Shown in pieces: positions 28,840 through 37,271 of a stretch of 64,000 bases of DNA. A program made the position numbers and the translations under genes. Each line of letters starts with the position of its first letter. Position 1 is the stretch's first letter. The DNA is from Clostridia bacterium. GTDB taxonomy: Bacteria > Bacillota > Clostridia > Christensenellales > UBA1242. Below the pieces are notes generated by a model. It was not told where the DNA came from, ran no database searches, and saw only the letters and a program-made list of their open reading frames with translations. Location of the stretch: NCBI GenBank assembly GCA_009929275.1, contig SAAW01000003.1, forward strand, positions 11,529-75,528, given 5' to 3'.

Positions 28840-28930
28840 TGGCGGAGAGGGTGGGATTCGAACCCACGCGAGAGGTTAATCTCAAACTGATTTCGAGTCA
28901 GCCCCGTTATGACCACTTCGATACCCCTCC
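28840..28930 (-). tRNA. tRNA-Ser (anticodon CGA)
   Basis: Hand fold: acceptor GGAGGGG/CCTCTCC (one G-U pair), anticodon stem GCTGA/TCAGT with loop CTCGAAA, long variable arm GAGA-ttaacc-TCTC, T arm GTGGG-TTCGAAT-CCCAC, encoded CCA. A hairpin plus T-run follows at 28805-28830 on the minus strand. Confidence 0.85.
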
Positions 28931-29110
28931 ACGAATATTCAAGGTAATGATAATGTAAAACAAGCAAATGCTTTGAAATTTTTATTAGAAATAATGCGTT
29001 TCCACGAATTTGCAAGTTAATGTGAATTAAAACAAGTTGATGTTTTGAAAACTACTACTGAAAATGTGTTTTCAAAGATTTGAAAAATAATAATAATGTA
29101 AAATCTAAAA
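28927..29110. repeat. Degenerate tandem repeat of about 72 bp (2 clear units plus a weaker third) abutting the 5' end of tRNA-Ser
   Basis: Unit 1 is ccacgaatattcaaggtaatgataatgtaaaacaagcaaatgctttgaaa. Unit 2 is ccacgaatttgcaagttaatgtgaattaaaacaagttgatgttttgaaaa. They are about three-quarters identical by eye. Confidence 0.45.
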
Positions 29111-29333
29111 AAAAGCAACAGTATTTTGTTTTGTTATTTATTAATTTGGATTTTAGGAATTTTAAAAAAATAAAAATTTTTATTTATTTAATTAAAAAAA
29201 TAAACGCATTATAAAAACAAATAAGTTTAAAAAAACAAATATAATTTTTATCAAAAAATAATAATATTTTAACTAAATAGGACAAAAACATTCAAAATTG
29301 TCTTAATTTTTTATATATAACAGGATTGTTTGT

Positions 29334-29362
29334 TTGACTTGCAAAACGAGAATTGTTATAAT
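29334..29362 (+). promoter_or_regulatory. Sigma-A-type promoter for the marR-aldehyde dehydrogenase operon
   Basis: TTGACT (29334-29339), 17-bp spacer, TATAAT (29357-29362), about 28 nt upstream of the ATG. Confidence 0.5.
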
Positions 29363-29389
29363 TTTATTACTTTTAAAAGGGACTAAAAA

Positions 29390-29815
29390 ATGACAGATGA
29401 AACTTGCATAAATATAATTAACTTTCAACAAAGCATTCAGAAAGTGTGCAAAAGTAAAGCAAAAACTTTGGAGAAGGAGATTTTTTCTCTCAAATTTAAG
29501 ATTTTAATTTTAATTTTCAGTTTTAAAAATATTTCCCCAACAAAAATAAAAGATGAACTATCTCTAGCAAAATCTAATGTTGCAATGTTTTGCAAAACAC
29601 TTCAAAAAGAGGGAAAGATTGAATCTGTGGAAGATAAGAAAGACCGCCGTGCAATTTATTATAACTTAACAAAGCTTGGAGAAAAGTATGTGAGCAGTCG
29701 TCTGAAAGAGTTTTCAAAAAATTTTGAAGAAAAATATAGCGTGAATACGCTTTTAAAGATAGAAAAGAACATAAATAGTTTGTGTGAAATTTTAAGTCAT
29801 CAAAAGGGAGAATAA
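29390..29815 (+). CDS. MarR-family transcriptional regulator
   Basis: 141 aa with a winged-helix pattern and the wing motif DKKDRRAIYYNLTKLGEKY. Confidence 0.75.
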   Translation: MTDETCINIINFQQSIQKVCKSKAKTLEKEIFSLKFKILILIFSFKNISPTKIKDELSLAKSNVAMFCKTLQKEGKIESVEDKKDRRAIYYNLTKLGEKYVSSRLKEFSKNFEEKYSVNTLLKIEKNINSLCEILSHQKGE

Positions 29816-29817
29816 AG

Positions 29818-31173
29818 ATGTTTAATATTATTGAAAAACAAAAAAATTATTTTAACACTCACGCGACGCTGAGCGTCAGTTTTCGAGTGTTGCAACTAAA
29901 AAGATTAAGGCTTCAAATCAAGGCATATTATGACCAAATTATAACTGCTTTTGCCAAAGATTTAAACAAAAAAGAGTTTGATGTTGTTGTCACGGAAATT
30001 GGACTTGTTATGATGGAGTTGAATTATATGATAAGACATCTAAAAAGTTTTGCAAAGCCAAAAAGAGTGCAGACTTCGCTTCTCAATTTTCCGTCAAAAG
30101 GGATTAAAATTCGCGAACCATATGGCTGTGTTCTCGTCGCGTCTCCTTGGAACTATCCATTTCAACTCACAATGATTCCTGTCATTTCTGCCATCGCTGG
30201 AGGTAACACCCTCGTTGTGAAGCCAAGCAGAAGCACTCCAAATGTCACAAATGTCATTAAGAAAATGCTCAGCATTTATGACGAAGAATATGTCCATGTT
30301 GTCACGAAAGAAGACGAAATTAATCAACTTTTTGACAGTCGATTTGACTTTATTTTCTACACAGGTTCTTTGAATAAAGCAAGAGAACTTATGGAAAAAC
30401 AAGCCAAGTTTCTCACCCCAATGATTTTGGAATTGGGTGGCAAAAGCCCTTGCATTGTCGACAGTGATGCAAATGTAGACCTCTCTGCCAAAAGAATTGT
30501 GTGGGGTAAATTTTTAAACGCCGGGCAAACTTGCGTTGCTCCTGACTATATTCTTATACATTCGTCCATAAAAGACCAATGGCTCGAAAGTGCTAAAAAA
30601 TACATAGAGAAGTTTTATTATGAAGGTGAAGAACTTTCAAATGACTTTGTGAAGATTGTTAATAAACCTGCACTTGAAAGATTACAATCTCTCATCGACC
30701 CAAAGAAAATATATTTTGGTGGGAAAACATATGGGCAAGTGCTTGAACCAACCATTTTGATTGATGTCAAAAAAGACGACGCAGTGATGCAAGAAGAAAT
30801 TTTTGGGCCAATTATGCCAATAATTGAGTTCACAGATTTTGAGGAAGAACTCAAAAAACTTGCAAATATGGAGCACCCGCTTGCATTTTACTATTTTGGA
30901 AATGATAAGGACAAAATTGAAAAAGCAAAGATGTTTTTAAGTTTCGGTGGCGGGGCAATAAACGACACTGTGATGCACCTAAGTGAGAAAAATCTTCCTT
31001 TTGGAGGCCTTGGAAACAGCGGAATGGGCAGTTATCATGGCAAACAATCTTTTCTCTCATTCACGCATGAAAAGAGTGTTCTTATGAAGTCAAATAAGTT
31101 TGACCTTAACCTAAAATATCCACCAGCAAACCAAAGAAGAACTAATTTTTTAAAAAAATTTTTTAGAATTTAG
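29818..31173 (+). CDS. NAD(P)-dependent aldehyde dehydrogenase (class 3-like)
   Basis: ELGGKSPCIV (catalytic Glu), NAGQTCVAPDY (catalytic Cys), EEIFGP, and a length of about 450 aa. Confidence 0.9.
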   Translation: MFNIIEKQKNYFNTHATLSVSFRVLQLKRLRLQIKAYYDQIITAFAKDLNKKEFDVVVTEIGLVMMELNYMIRHLKSFAKPKRVQTSLLNFPSKGIKIREPYGCVLVASPWNYPFQLTMIPVISAIAGGNTLVVKPSRSTPNVTNVIKKMLSIYDEEYVHVVTKEDEINQLFDSRFDFIFYTGSLNKARELMEKQAKFLTPMILELGGKSPCIVDSDANVDLSAKRIVWGKFLNAGQTCVAPDYILIHSSIKDQWLESAKKYIEKFYYEGEELSNDFVKIVNKPALERLQSLIDPKKIYFGGKTYGQVLEPTILIDVKKDDAVMQEEIFGPIMPIIEFTDFEEELKKLANMEHPLAFYYFGNDKDKIEKAKMFLSFGGGAINDTVMHLSEKNLPFGGLGNSGMGSYHGKQSFLSFTHEKSVLMKSNKFDLNLKYPPANQRRTNFLKKFFRI

Positions 31174-31239
31174 TTTTTACATTTTTTAAAATTTATACTA
31201 AACTTATTAATAAATAAAAACAACTTAAAAGGAACATAT

Positions 31240-31917
31240 ATGGAAGAAAATTCACGAACAGAATTTGTCTTAAAAGAAAAGACAAAATCACTTGAAAACA
31301 GCCATATCGCTATTCTAGGCTTGGGCGGAGTTGGAGGATATGTCCTCGAAATGTTTGCTCGAATGAACATAAGAGAAATAACAGTTGTGGATTGTGATGA
31401 ATTTGAGAAAAGCAACTTAAACAGACAAATTCTCGCCACAATTCAAACGATTGGAAAAGAAAAAATTGTCGTTGCAAAGGAAAGGGTGGAAAGTATTAAT
31501 TCTGAATGTAAGGTGAATGCAAAAAAAATTAGAATTAGTGAAGAAAATGTCGCCGAAGTTTTGAATGAAAAATATGATTATGTGCTTGATTGCATTGATG
31601 ATGTTAATGCGAAAATTGCCGTCATAAAGTTTTGTAAACAAAACAAACTTCCTCTTTTGTGTGCAATGGGCACTGGAAATCGTTATAAAAACCCAAATTT
31701 TGTGGTGGAAGACCTCTTTAAAACTAGTTATGACGGACTCGCCAGAAAACTTAGAACAGAACTAAAAAAAGAAAATTTTGTCGGCAAAGTCGACGTCGCT
31801 TACACAAAAGAAAACGCCGAAAAAACGACTGCACTTGGAAGCGTCGTCTATTATCCGCTTTTGTGTGCAGGAACAATGGTTAGTTTTGTCACAAATCAAA
31901 TTATTTCAAAAAACTAA
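31240..31917 (+). CDS. tcdA: ThiF/MoeB-fold protein, probably tRNA threonylcarbamoyladenosine dehydratase TcdA
   Basis: ILGLGGVGGYVLEMFARMNIREITVVDCDEFEKSNLNRQ matches the E1-like nucleotide-binding fold. Size and lack of C-terminal Cys motifs fit TcdA/CsdL. Confidence 0.7.
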   Translation: MEENSRTEFVLKEKTKSLENSHIAILGLGGVGGYVLEMFARMNIREITVVDCDEFEKSNLNRQILATIQTIGKEKIVVAKERVESINSECKVNAKKIRISEENVAEVLNEKYDYVLDCIDDVNAKIAVIKFCKQNKLPLLCAMGTGNRYKNPNFVVEDLFKTSYDGLARKLRTELKKENFVGKVDVAYTKENAEKTTALGSVVYYPLLCAGTMVSFVTNQIISKN

Positions 31918-31970
31918 TCACATAAATTATTAATAAAAAATTTAATTTAAAAATAATAATGAAAGTATTA

Positions 31971-32570
31971 TTATTTTATTTTTTCAAACATCATCATATC
32001 AAGCGAAATATAATCTTTTGTTGCATCGCAAAGTGGGCAAATTTCAAAACCCTCTTTTCCATAAAATGTATGTCCACACTTGCCACATTTCCATTCAAAA
32101 GGCACAGAACTTTTGAAAAGAGATCTTGCTTTTAGTTTGTTGTATAATTCGTCTAAAAGCATAAAATGGTCGTGCTCGACAAGTGCGACAAGTTTGAATT
32201 TTTCGGCAATTTCCTTAAACCCTTCATCTTCAGCAATTTTTGAAAAACTAGGATAAATTGTTGTGTTTTCCGATTTTTCATTGTTAGAAGCAAATTTTAT
32301 CATTTGCAAAAGGTCAGTGTCTTCAAAAGGATATCCAGCCTTAATTTCAATGTTTTTTTGAACTTCTTTGCAGTTTTTTGAGATTAAATCCCAATAGATC
32401 TTTGCGTGTGCCATTTCTTGTTTTGCCAAAGTTTTCATAATGTCTTGAATGTTGATTTTGCCTTCTTCCATTGCTTTTTGTGCAATAAATTGATATCTTG
32501 CCCCTGCCTGACATTCTCCAGCAAAACTCCTTGCAAGATTGATTTTTGTCTGTGATTTTTCAAAATCCAT
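31971..32570 (-). CDS. rbr: Rubrerythrin
   Basis: Ferritin-like di-iron domain (E..A...Y, EMAHAKI, E..H) plus a C-terminal rubredoxin CGKCGH...CPLCD. Confidence 0.85.
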   Translation of the reverse strand: MDFEKSQTKINLARSFAGECQAGARYQFIAQKAMEEGKINIQDIMKTLAKQEMAHAKIYWDLISKNCKEVQKNIEIKAGYPFEDTDLLQMIKFASNNEKSENTTIYPSFSKIAEDEGFKEIAEKFKLVALVEHDHFMLLDELYNKLKARSLFKSSVPFEWKCGKCGHTFYGKEGFEICPLCDATKDYISLDMMMFEKIK

Positions 32571-32718
32571 TTTTTCTCCTTTAAAGGTCCTTTTATATCA
32601 ATTTTGGCAAAATTCCGCACTTTTATTCATTAAAATTTTTCAATAATATACACTAACATTGTTTTTTAATTGCTCTTTTGTCAAAATTTAATTAAAATGA
32701 AAAGGGAGACAGTGATAT

Positions 32719-33495
32719 ATGAATATTCTTAAAATGGAAAAAAGGTATTATGTTTTTAATGAAAAGACTTTTTCAAGACTATTAAGCCTTTTAAGAACAA
32801 TGACAACATACACAATGGAAGAGCCCGAAAAAAGAAATTTTGTTGACTATTACTATGATAACAAAGAAAATATGCTTGAAAGAAACGGGCTTTTTTTAAG
32901 ACGCAGAATATATGGCAAAAAAGCACAACTAAAGATTAAACGACGCCATTTTCAGCCAGAGTTTTATTATTCCGACAATTTGAGAAGTAGCGAGCGAGAA
33001 ATGGAAATAAACGCAAACGACCCACTCTCTAAAAACTATTTCTTTTTAAACAACGCAATTAATTCAATGTTCACAAGCACATTACAGTTTGACACAGACA
33101 AAATGTTTGAAAAAATGCACACCATAATGATTATTCGCATAAAGCAAGAGAGGCGATTTTTGTTTGGCTATGGCGGGCTTAAAGTTGAAATTTCTCATGA
33201 CTTTTTAAATGCAGAGAATTTGACCACAAATAGAAAGAACAACACTGAAATGGTGCAGTTTAAACTCGTTTCACCTGAAAACACACTCTCACTTTTTGAA
33301 GACTTAATTACCCGTGTGGAAAAGCATTGCAAAGAACTCTTTTACACCCAAGACAGCAAATATGAAGCGGTTTTTAAAATTACTCGCCCACTTCTTTCCA
33401 AGGAAGAAAAATTGAAAGTGAAAGAGGAATTATTAAAGAAAAAGCAATTGCAAGAAGCAGGGGAACAATACGTGGAGAAAAAGGAAAAGAAGTGA
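32719..33495 (+). CDS. CYTH-like (triphosphate tunnel) domain protein with Lys/Glu-rich tail (tentative)
   Basis: DYYYDNKENMLERNGLFLRRRIYGKKAQLKIKRR and a later VEISHD strand resemble the CYTH beta-barrel pattern. The N-terminal ExExK signature is not evident. Confidence 0.4.
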   Translation: MNILKMEKRYYVFNEKTFSRLLSLLRTMTTYTMEEPEKRNFVDYYYDNKENMLERNGLFLRRRIYGKKAQLKIKRRHFQPEFYYSDNLRSSEREMEINANDPLSKNYFFLNNAINSMFTSTLQFDTDKMFEKMHTIMIIRIKQERRFLFGYGGLKVEISHDFLNAENLTTNRKNNTEMVQFKLVSPENTLSLFEDLITRVEKHCKELFYTQDSKYEAVFKITRPLLSKEEKLKVKEELLKKKQLQEAGEQYVEKKEKK

Positions 33496-34418
33496 AAAAT
33501 TATTATGTTATTATTGATTGCGACCCGGGAATAGACGACGCAATGGCGATTATGAATGCATTAAACAGCAGTAGCATTGAAGTTAAACTCTTGTCAACAG
33601 TGTCTGGAAATCTTAGCATTGAAGAGACGATGAAAAATGCACTAAAATTGACAGAGATTTTTAAAAAAGACATTCCAGTGGCAGAAGGTGCCAGCGAACC
33701 TATAAAAAGACAAGCCGTTTATGCAAATAAAGCGCAGGGTTCAAAAGGAATGGGAGGTTTTACTTTCAAAACTCCCAAAGCAAAGCCCTTTTTTTTAAAA
33801 AGCCCCGAAGCAATTTACTATTTTTTGAAAGGCAATCCTGCCAAAAACACAACAATAATGTGTCTTGGCCCAATGACAAACATTGCAAATTTGCTCACCA
33901 AATATCCTGATGCAAAAAATATGATTTCACGCATTGTTTTTATGGGTGGCAGTAAAGATGAACAGGGTGTGAAAGAGCCATACAGAGAGTTTAATGTTGC
34001 GTTTGACCCTGAAGCGATGCAAATTGTTTTTGACAGCAAAATTCCTCTCGTTATGGTGCCAATGGAACTTGGACACATTGCATATTTTGATCCTAATGAA
34101 CAACTTAAAATTAAAAAAGCGAACGCTCTAGGTGCGATTTTTTATAAAATGTTTAAGAAATATAATGATTTTCATGTGGGAAAATTAGGCGCAGCAGTTC
34201 ACGACAGTTGTGCGGCTCTCTATCTTTCATATCCTGAAATTTTCAGATTAGAGCCCTCTTTTTTAAAAATTAAATATCACAAAAAAGATGATATAGAATA
34301 TGGATATGTGAAGTGTGATTTTAATTCAAAAAGTCAGAGAAATGCTGAAGTTTGTGTGGATATGGACATTGAAAAATTCAAAAAGATAATTTTTGGGAAT
34401 TTGTCTAACTATAATTAA
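33492..34418 (+). CDS. Nucleoside hydrolase (inosine/uridine-preferring family)
   Basis: N-terminal fingerprint IIDCDPGIDDAMAI. Size is about 308 aa. The GTG start overlaps the upstream stop (GTGA). Confidence 0.85.
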   Translation: MKNYYVIIDCDPGIDDAMAIMNALNSSSIEVKLLSTVSGNLSIEETMKNALKLTEIFKKDIPVAEGASEPIKRQAVYANKAQGSKGMGGFTFKTPKAKPFFLKSPEAIYYFLKGNPAKNTTIMCLGPMTNIANLLTKYPDAKNMISRIVFMGGSKDEQGVKEPYREFNVAFDPEAMQIVFDSKIPLVMVPMELGHIAYFDPNEQLKIKKANALGAIFYKMFKKYNDFHVGKLGAAVHDSCAALYLSYPEIFRLEPSFLKIKYHKKDDIEYGYVKCDFNSKSQRNAEVCVDMDIEKFKKIIFGNLSNYN

Positions 34419-34466
34419 TTTTTGAATAACAAAGAAATATAACGAAGTTTTTAATAAGGAGAAAGT

Positions 34467-35477
34467 ATGTTGAAAAAAGTTTTTTTGGGTGTGTTATGTG
34501 CTTTTTTCACATTTTCTCTTTTTGGCTGTTCAAGCATAACTTTGCAGACGGTGCAAGGAGTAAATGGCAATATAAGTTCCAGTTTGACAATTGACGGCAC
34601 TGACTTAAATTCAAATGAGAGGTCAGTCATATATGATTTCACGCGTGAATATTGCGAGCAACTTGTGACTTCTTATAAAAATAATATGATAAGCCTTTTT
34701 TCAAACTTATATAATTTTGAAGAATTGGGATTTTCAGATGAGGATAGCAAGTTGACACATATAATTCTGTATAACAGCAACTACAATCTTCTTGCAGGAG
34801 ACATTGAATTTTCTTTAACAAAAGAGCAGTTTATCAGCACCGCGGGCCCCATTTTTACAGTTAGTGCGGGGTATGTTTCCATATATGCCTATATGATGTT
34901 TTTCTGCCCGAACGCATTTTTTTATGACAATATCTCAAACTCTGTGAAGTTTGACTCATCAACCTATTCAATGCTCATCGACGTTCCAATATTTGCAAGC
35001 GACTATGAAGTGGAAGAGAGTGCTTTTATGACAACCTATCTTCAAACTTGTATGCCCTTTTCATATAATGGAAGTGAGCCTGTGCTACTTGAAGAATACA
35101 CAACGGCAAATCATAACACATACACTGCGGGGACGACGCTAATTACTGCAATATGTGAAGAATTATCTTTAAATGAAGCCGAAGCAGATTTTATTTTTAA
35201 TTTTGTAACGCCTTTTTCAAGACTACATTCAAACAGCACTGTTTTGGTGGAAAATTCGGGTTATCACCACACTTGGACTCTTGGAAGTGACATTAATGCT
35301 GAGATTACACTTTGGAGAAACTATACGAACTACACACCTTGGTATGCTTTGTCTTTGCTAGCAGGATTTTTAGTTGTGACTTTTGGATTTTTGACAATCT
35401 ATCTGTTAAGAAAAATGAGGCATAAGAAGGAAAAGGAAGAACTCAAAAATATTATAGATTTAAAAGACAAAAAATAA
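34467..35477 (+). CDS. Putative lipoprotein with C-terminal TM anchor, unknown function
   Basis: Signal peptide ending in the lipobox-like LFGCSS. Hydrophobic helix near the C-terminus. RBS AAGGAG. Confidence 0.55.
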   Translation: MLKKVFLGVLCAFFTFSLFGCSSITLQTVQGVNGNISSSLTIDGTDLNSNERSVIYDFTREYCEQLVTSYKNNMISLFSNLYNFEELGFSDEDSKLTHIILYNSNYNLLAGDIEFSLTKEQFISTAGPIFTVSAGYVSIYAYMMFFCPNAFFYDNISNSVKFDSSTYSMLIDVPIFASDYEVEESAFMTTYLQTCMPFSYNGSEPVLLEEYTTANHNTYTAGTTLITAICEELSLNEAEADFIFNFVTPFSRLHSNSTVLVENSGYHHTWTLGSDINAEITLWRNYTNYTPWYALSLLAGFLVVTFGFLTIYLLRKMRHKKEKEELKNIIDLKDKK

Positions 35478-35490
35478 AAAGGATTTAATT

Positions 35491-35790
35491 ATGAAAAATA
35501 AAAAAGATAGACAAGCAGCGCAAAAAAGATATTACGATACAAAGTCACTTATGATGAGATATGTAAAAAGATATGGGATTGTGATGATAATTGCCACAGT
35601 AATTTCAGTGATTTTTTGTTACATTATGTCCGAGGAGGTGGCGGGGTTCACATCAGTTGAAGCAGTTTTATCAACACTTGCCATTGTTCTAGCATCGTTG
35701 TTTGTGGGAATTTTTGTCTATAATAAGATTGACGAAAAAGAAGAGGAAAGGAGTGATTCCGAAAACACTCGTGATCCGTTTAGTGATTAA
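35491..35790 (+). CDS. Small two-TM membrane protein, unknown
   Basis: 99 aa with a basic N-terminus, two hydrophobic helices and an acidic tail. Confidence 0.45.
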   Translation: MKNKKDRQAAQKRYYDTKSLMMRYVKRYGIVMIIATVISVIFCYIMSEEVAGFTSVEAVLSTLAIVLASLFVGIFVYNKIDEKEEERSDSENTRDPFSD

Positions 35791-35852
35791 AAGAAAGGTT
35801 GACTAAATGGCAATTTTGAGCGATAATATTTAACAAAATAAAAGGAAAAACA

Positions 35853-37253
35853 ATGGAAAAAGAAAAAAAGAAAGTGATAGCACGAACAATTCCTCACAAC
35901 ATTGAAGCGGAGCAGTCTGTTTTGGGCTGTTGCCTGCTTGACGACAACGCAGTTTTAGGAATTATGGAAGCACTTGAAAAAATAGATTTTTACACGGAAT
36001 CTCACAAAACAGTTTTTGAATGTATGCAGACTATCTATAAAGAAAACAAACCCATTGATTATGTCACTTTAACCGACGAACTTGAAAGAAGAGGTCTTCT
36101 TGAAAAAGTTGGTGGAATTGAATATATAACAACCCTCACAAACATCGTGCCAAGCGCAGCAAATGCAAAACACTATGTTGACATTGTGAAGAGAGATTCA
36201 ACTTTAAGAAAATTGATTAAAGCAAGCCAAGATGTCATCGATAAGGCATATTCAGCAGATGGTGATAATGTGCTTGATTTTGCCGAAAAATCCATCTTTG
36301 ACATTTCTGAAAAAGAGGATAGGTCGAACTTAGAACCAATCACAAATTCTTTAGGTGACGTCCTAAATAAATTTGAACAGATTGACAAAAATGGTGGCGG
36401 GATTTTAGGAGTCTCCACAGGATTTAGTGATTTAGACCGCATCACAAGAGGTTTTCAAAAGAGCGATTTAATTTTACTTGCCGCTCGTCCGGGATTTGGC
36501 AAGACGAGTTTGGCGATGAACATTGTGAATTACGCGGCACTTAAAGGAAAGAAAAAATGTGCAGTATTCTCACTTGAAATGCCAAGAGAGCAAATTACAC
36601 AAAGAACACTTTGTTCGGTGAGTGCTGTCAGCATGGAAAAAGCACTTAGCGGGAAACTTTCTCAAACAGACTGGAAAAGTCTGTGGGAAGGCAACAAAAA
36701 ACTTTCCACCGCCGAGATTTTTATCGATGATTCTTCGCTCAATTCCTACACAGACATTTTGAGCAAATGCAGAAGGCTTAAAAGGGAATATGGGCTTGAC
36801 CTTGTTATGATTGACTATTTGCAACTTATGAGTGCACCAAACAGAATTTCTGATAGACAACAAGAAATTGCCACTCTAACAAAGAATTTAAAGGTGGCGG
36901 CAAAGGAACTCGCTGTGCCAATTTTGCTCCTTTCGCAACTTTCACGTGACGTGGAAAAACGAAAAGACGAGCATCGTCCAGTCCTCAGTGACTTGCGTGA
37001 AAGTGGAGCAATCGAGCAAGATGCTGACATTGTTATGTTCATATACAACGCTTCAAAATACAGCGACACGGAACTTACAGACGGGCCAAACGTGTGCGAA
37101 CTCATCATTGCAAAACACAGAAACGGCGCTTTAGGGACAGTGAAACTAAAATGGATCCCAGAGATAACAACTTTTGTTGATATGAGTGAAAGTGGTGAAA
37201 AAAGAAGTTTGGAGGAAATGGCACCGCCTCCACCTCCACCAATGGATAAATGA
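35853..37253 (+). CDS. dnaB: Replicative DNA helicase DnaB
   Basis: PHNIEAEQSVLG, Walker A ARPGFGKTS, IDYLQLM, LSQLSR, IEQDADIV, KHRNG. Unusual C-terminal PPPPPP. Confidence 0.9.
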   Translation: MEKEKKKVIARTIPHNIEAEQSVLGCCLLDDNAVLGIMEALEKIDFYTESHKTVFECMQTIYKENKPIDYVTLTDELERRGLLEKVGGIEYITTLTNIVPSAANAKHYVDIVKRDSTLRKLIKASQDVIDKAYSADGDNVLDFAEKSIFDISEKEDRSNLEPITNSLGDVLNKFEQIDKNGGGILGVSTGFSDLDRITRGFQKSDLILLAARPGFGKTSLAMNIVNYAALKGKKKCAVFSLEMPREQITQRTLCSVSAVSMEKALSGKLSQTDWKSLWEGNKKLSTAEIFIDDSSLNSYTDILSKCRRLKREYGLDLVMIDYLQLMSAPNRISDRQQEIATLTKNLKVAAKELAVPILLLSQLSRDVEKRKDEHRPVLSDLRESGAIEQDADIVMFIYNASKYSDTELTDGPNVCELIIAKHRNGALGTVKLKWIPEITTFVDMSESGEKRSLEEMAPPPPPPMDK

Positions 37254-37271
37254 ATTTAAGGGAATGAAAAG

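Noticed and set aside
28815-29015. 66-aa ORF on the minus strand.
   Set aside because: It overlaps the tRNA-Ser gene and its upstream repeats, so it is spurious.
32571-32718. PerR/Fur-type box in the rubrerythrin promoter region.
   Set aside because: Only loose AT-rich inverted repeats (TTAATT...AATTAA) are present. Nothing matches the TTATAATNATTATAA consensus well enough.
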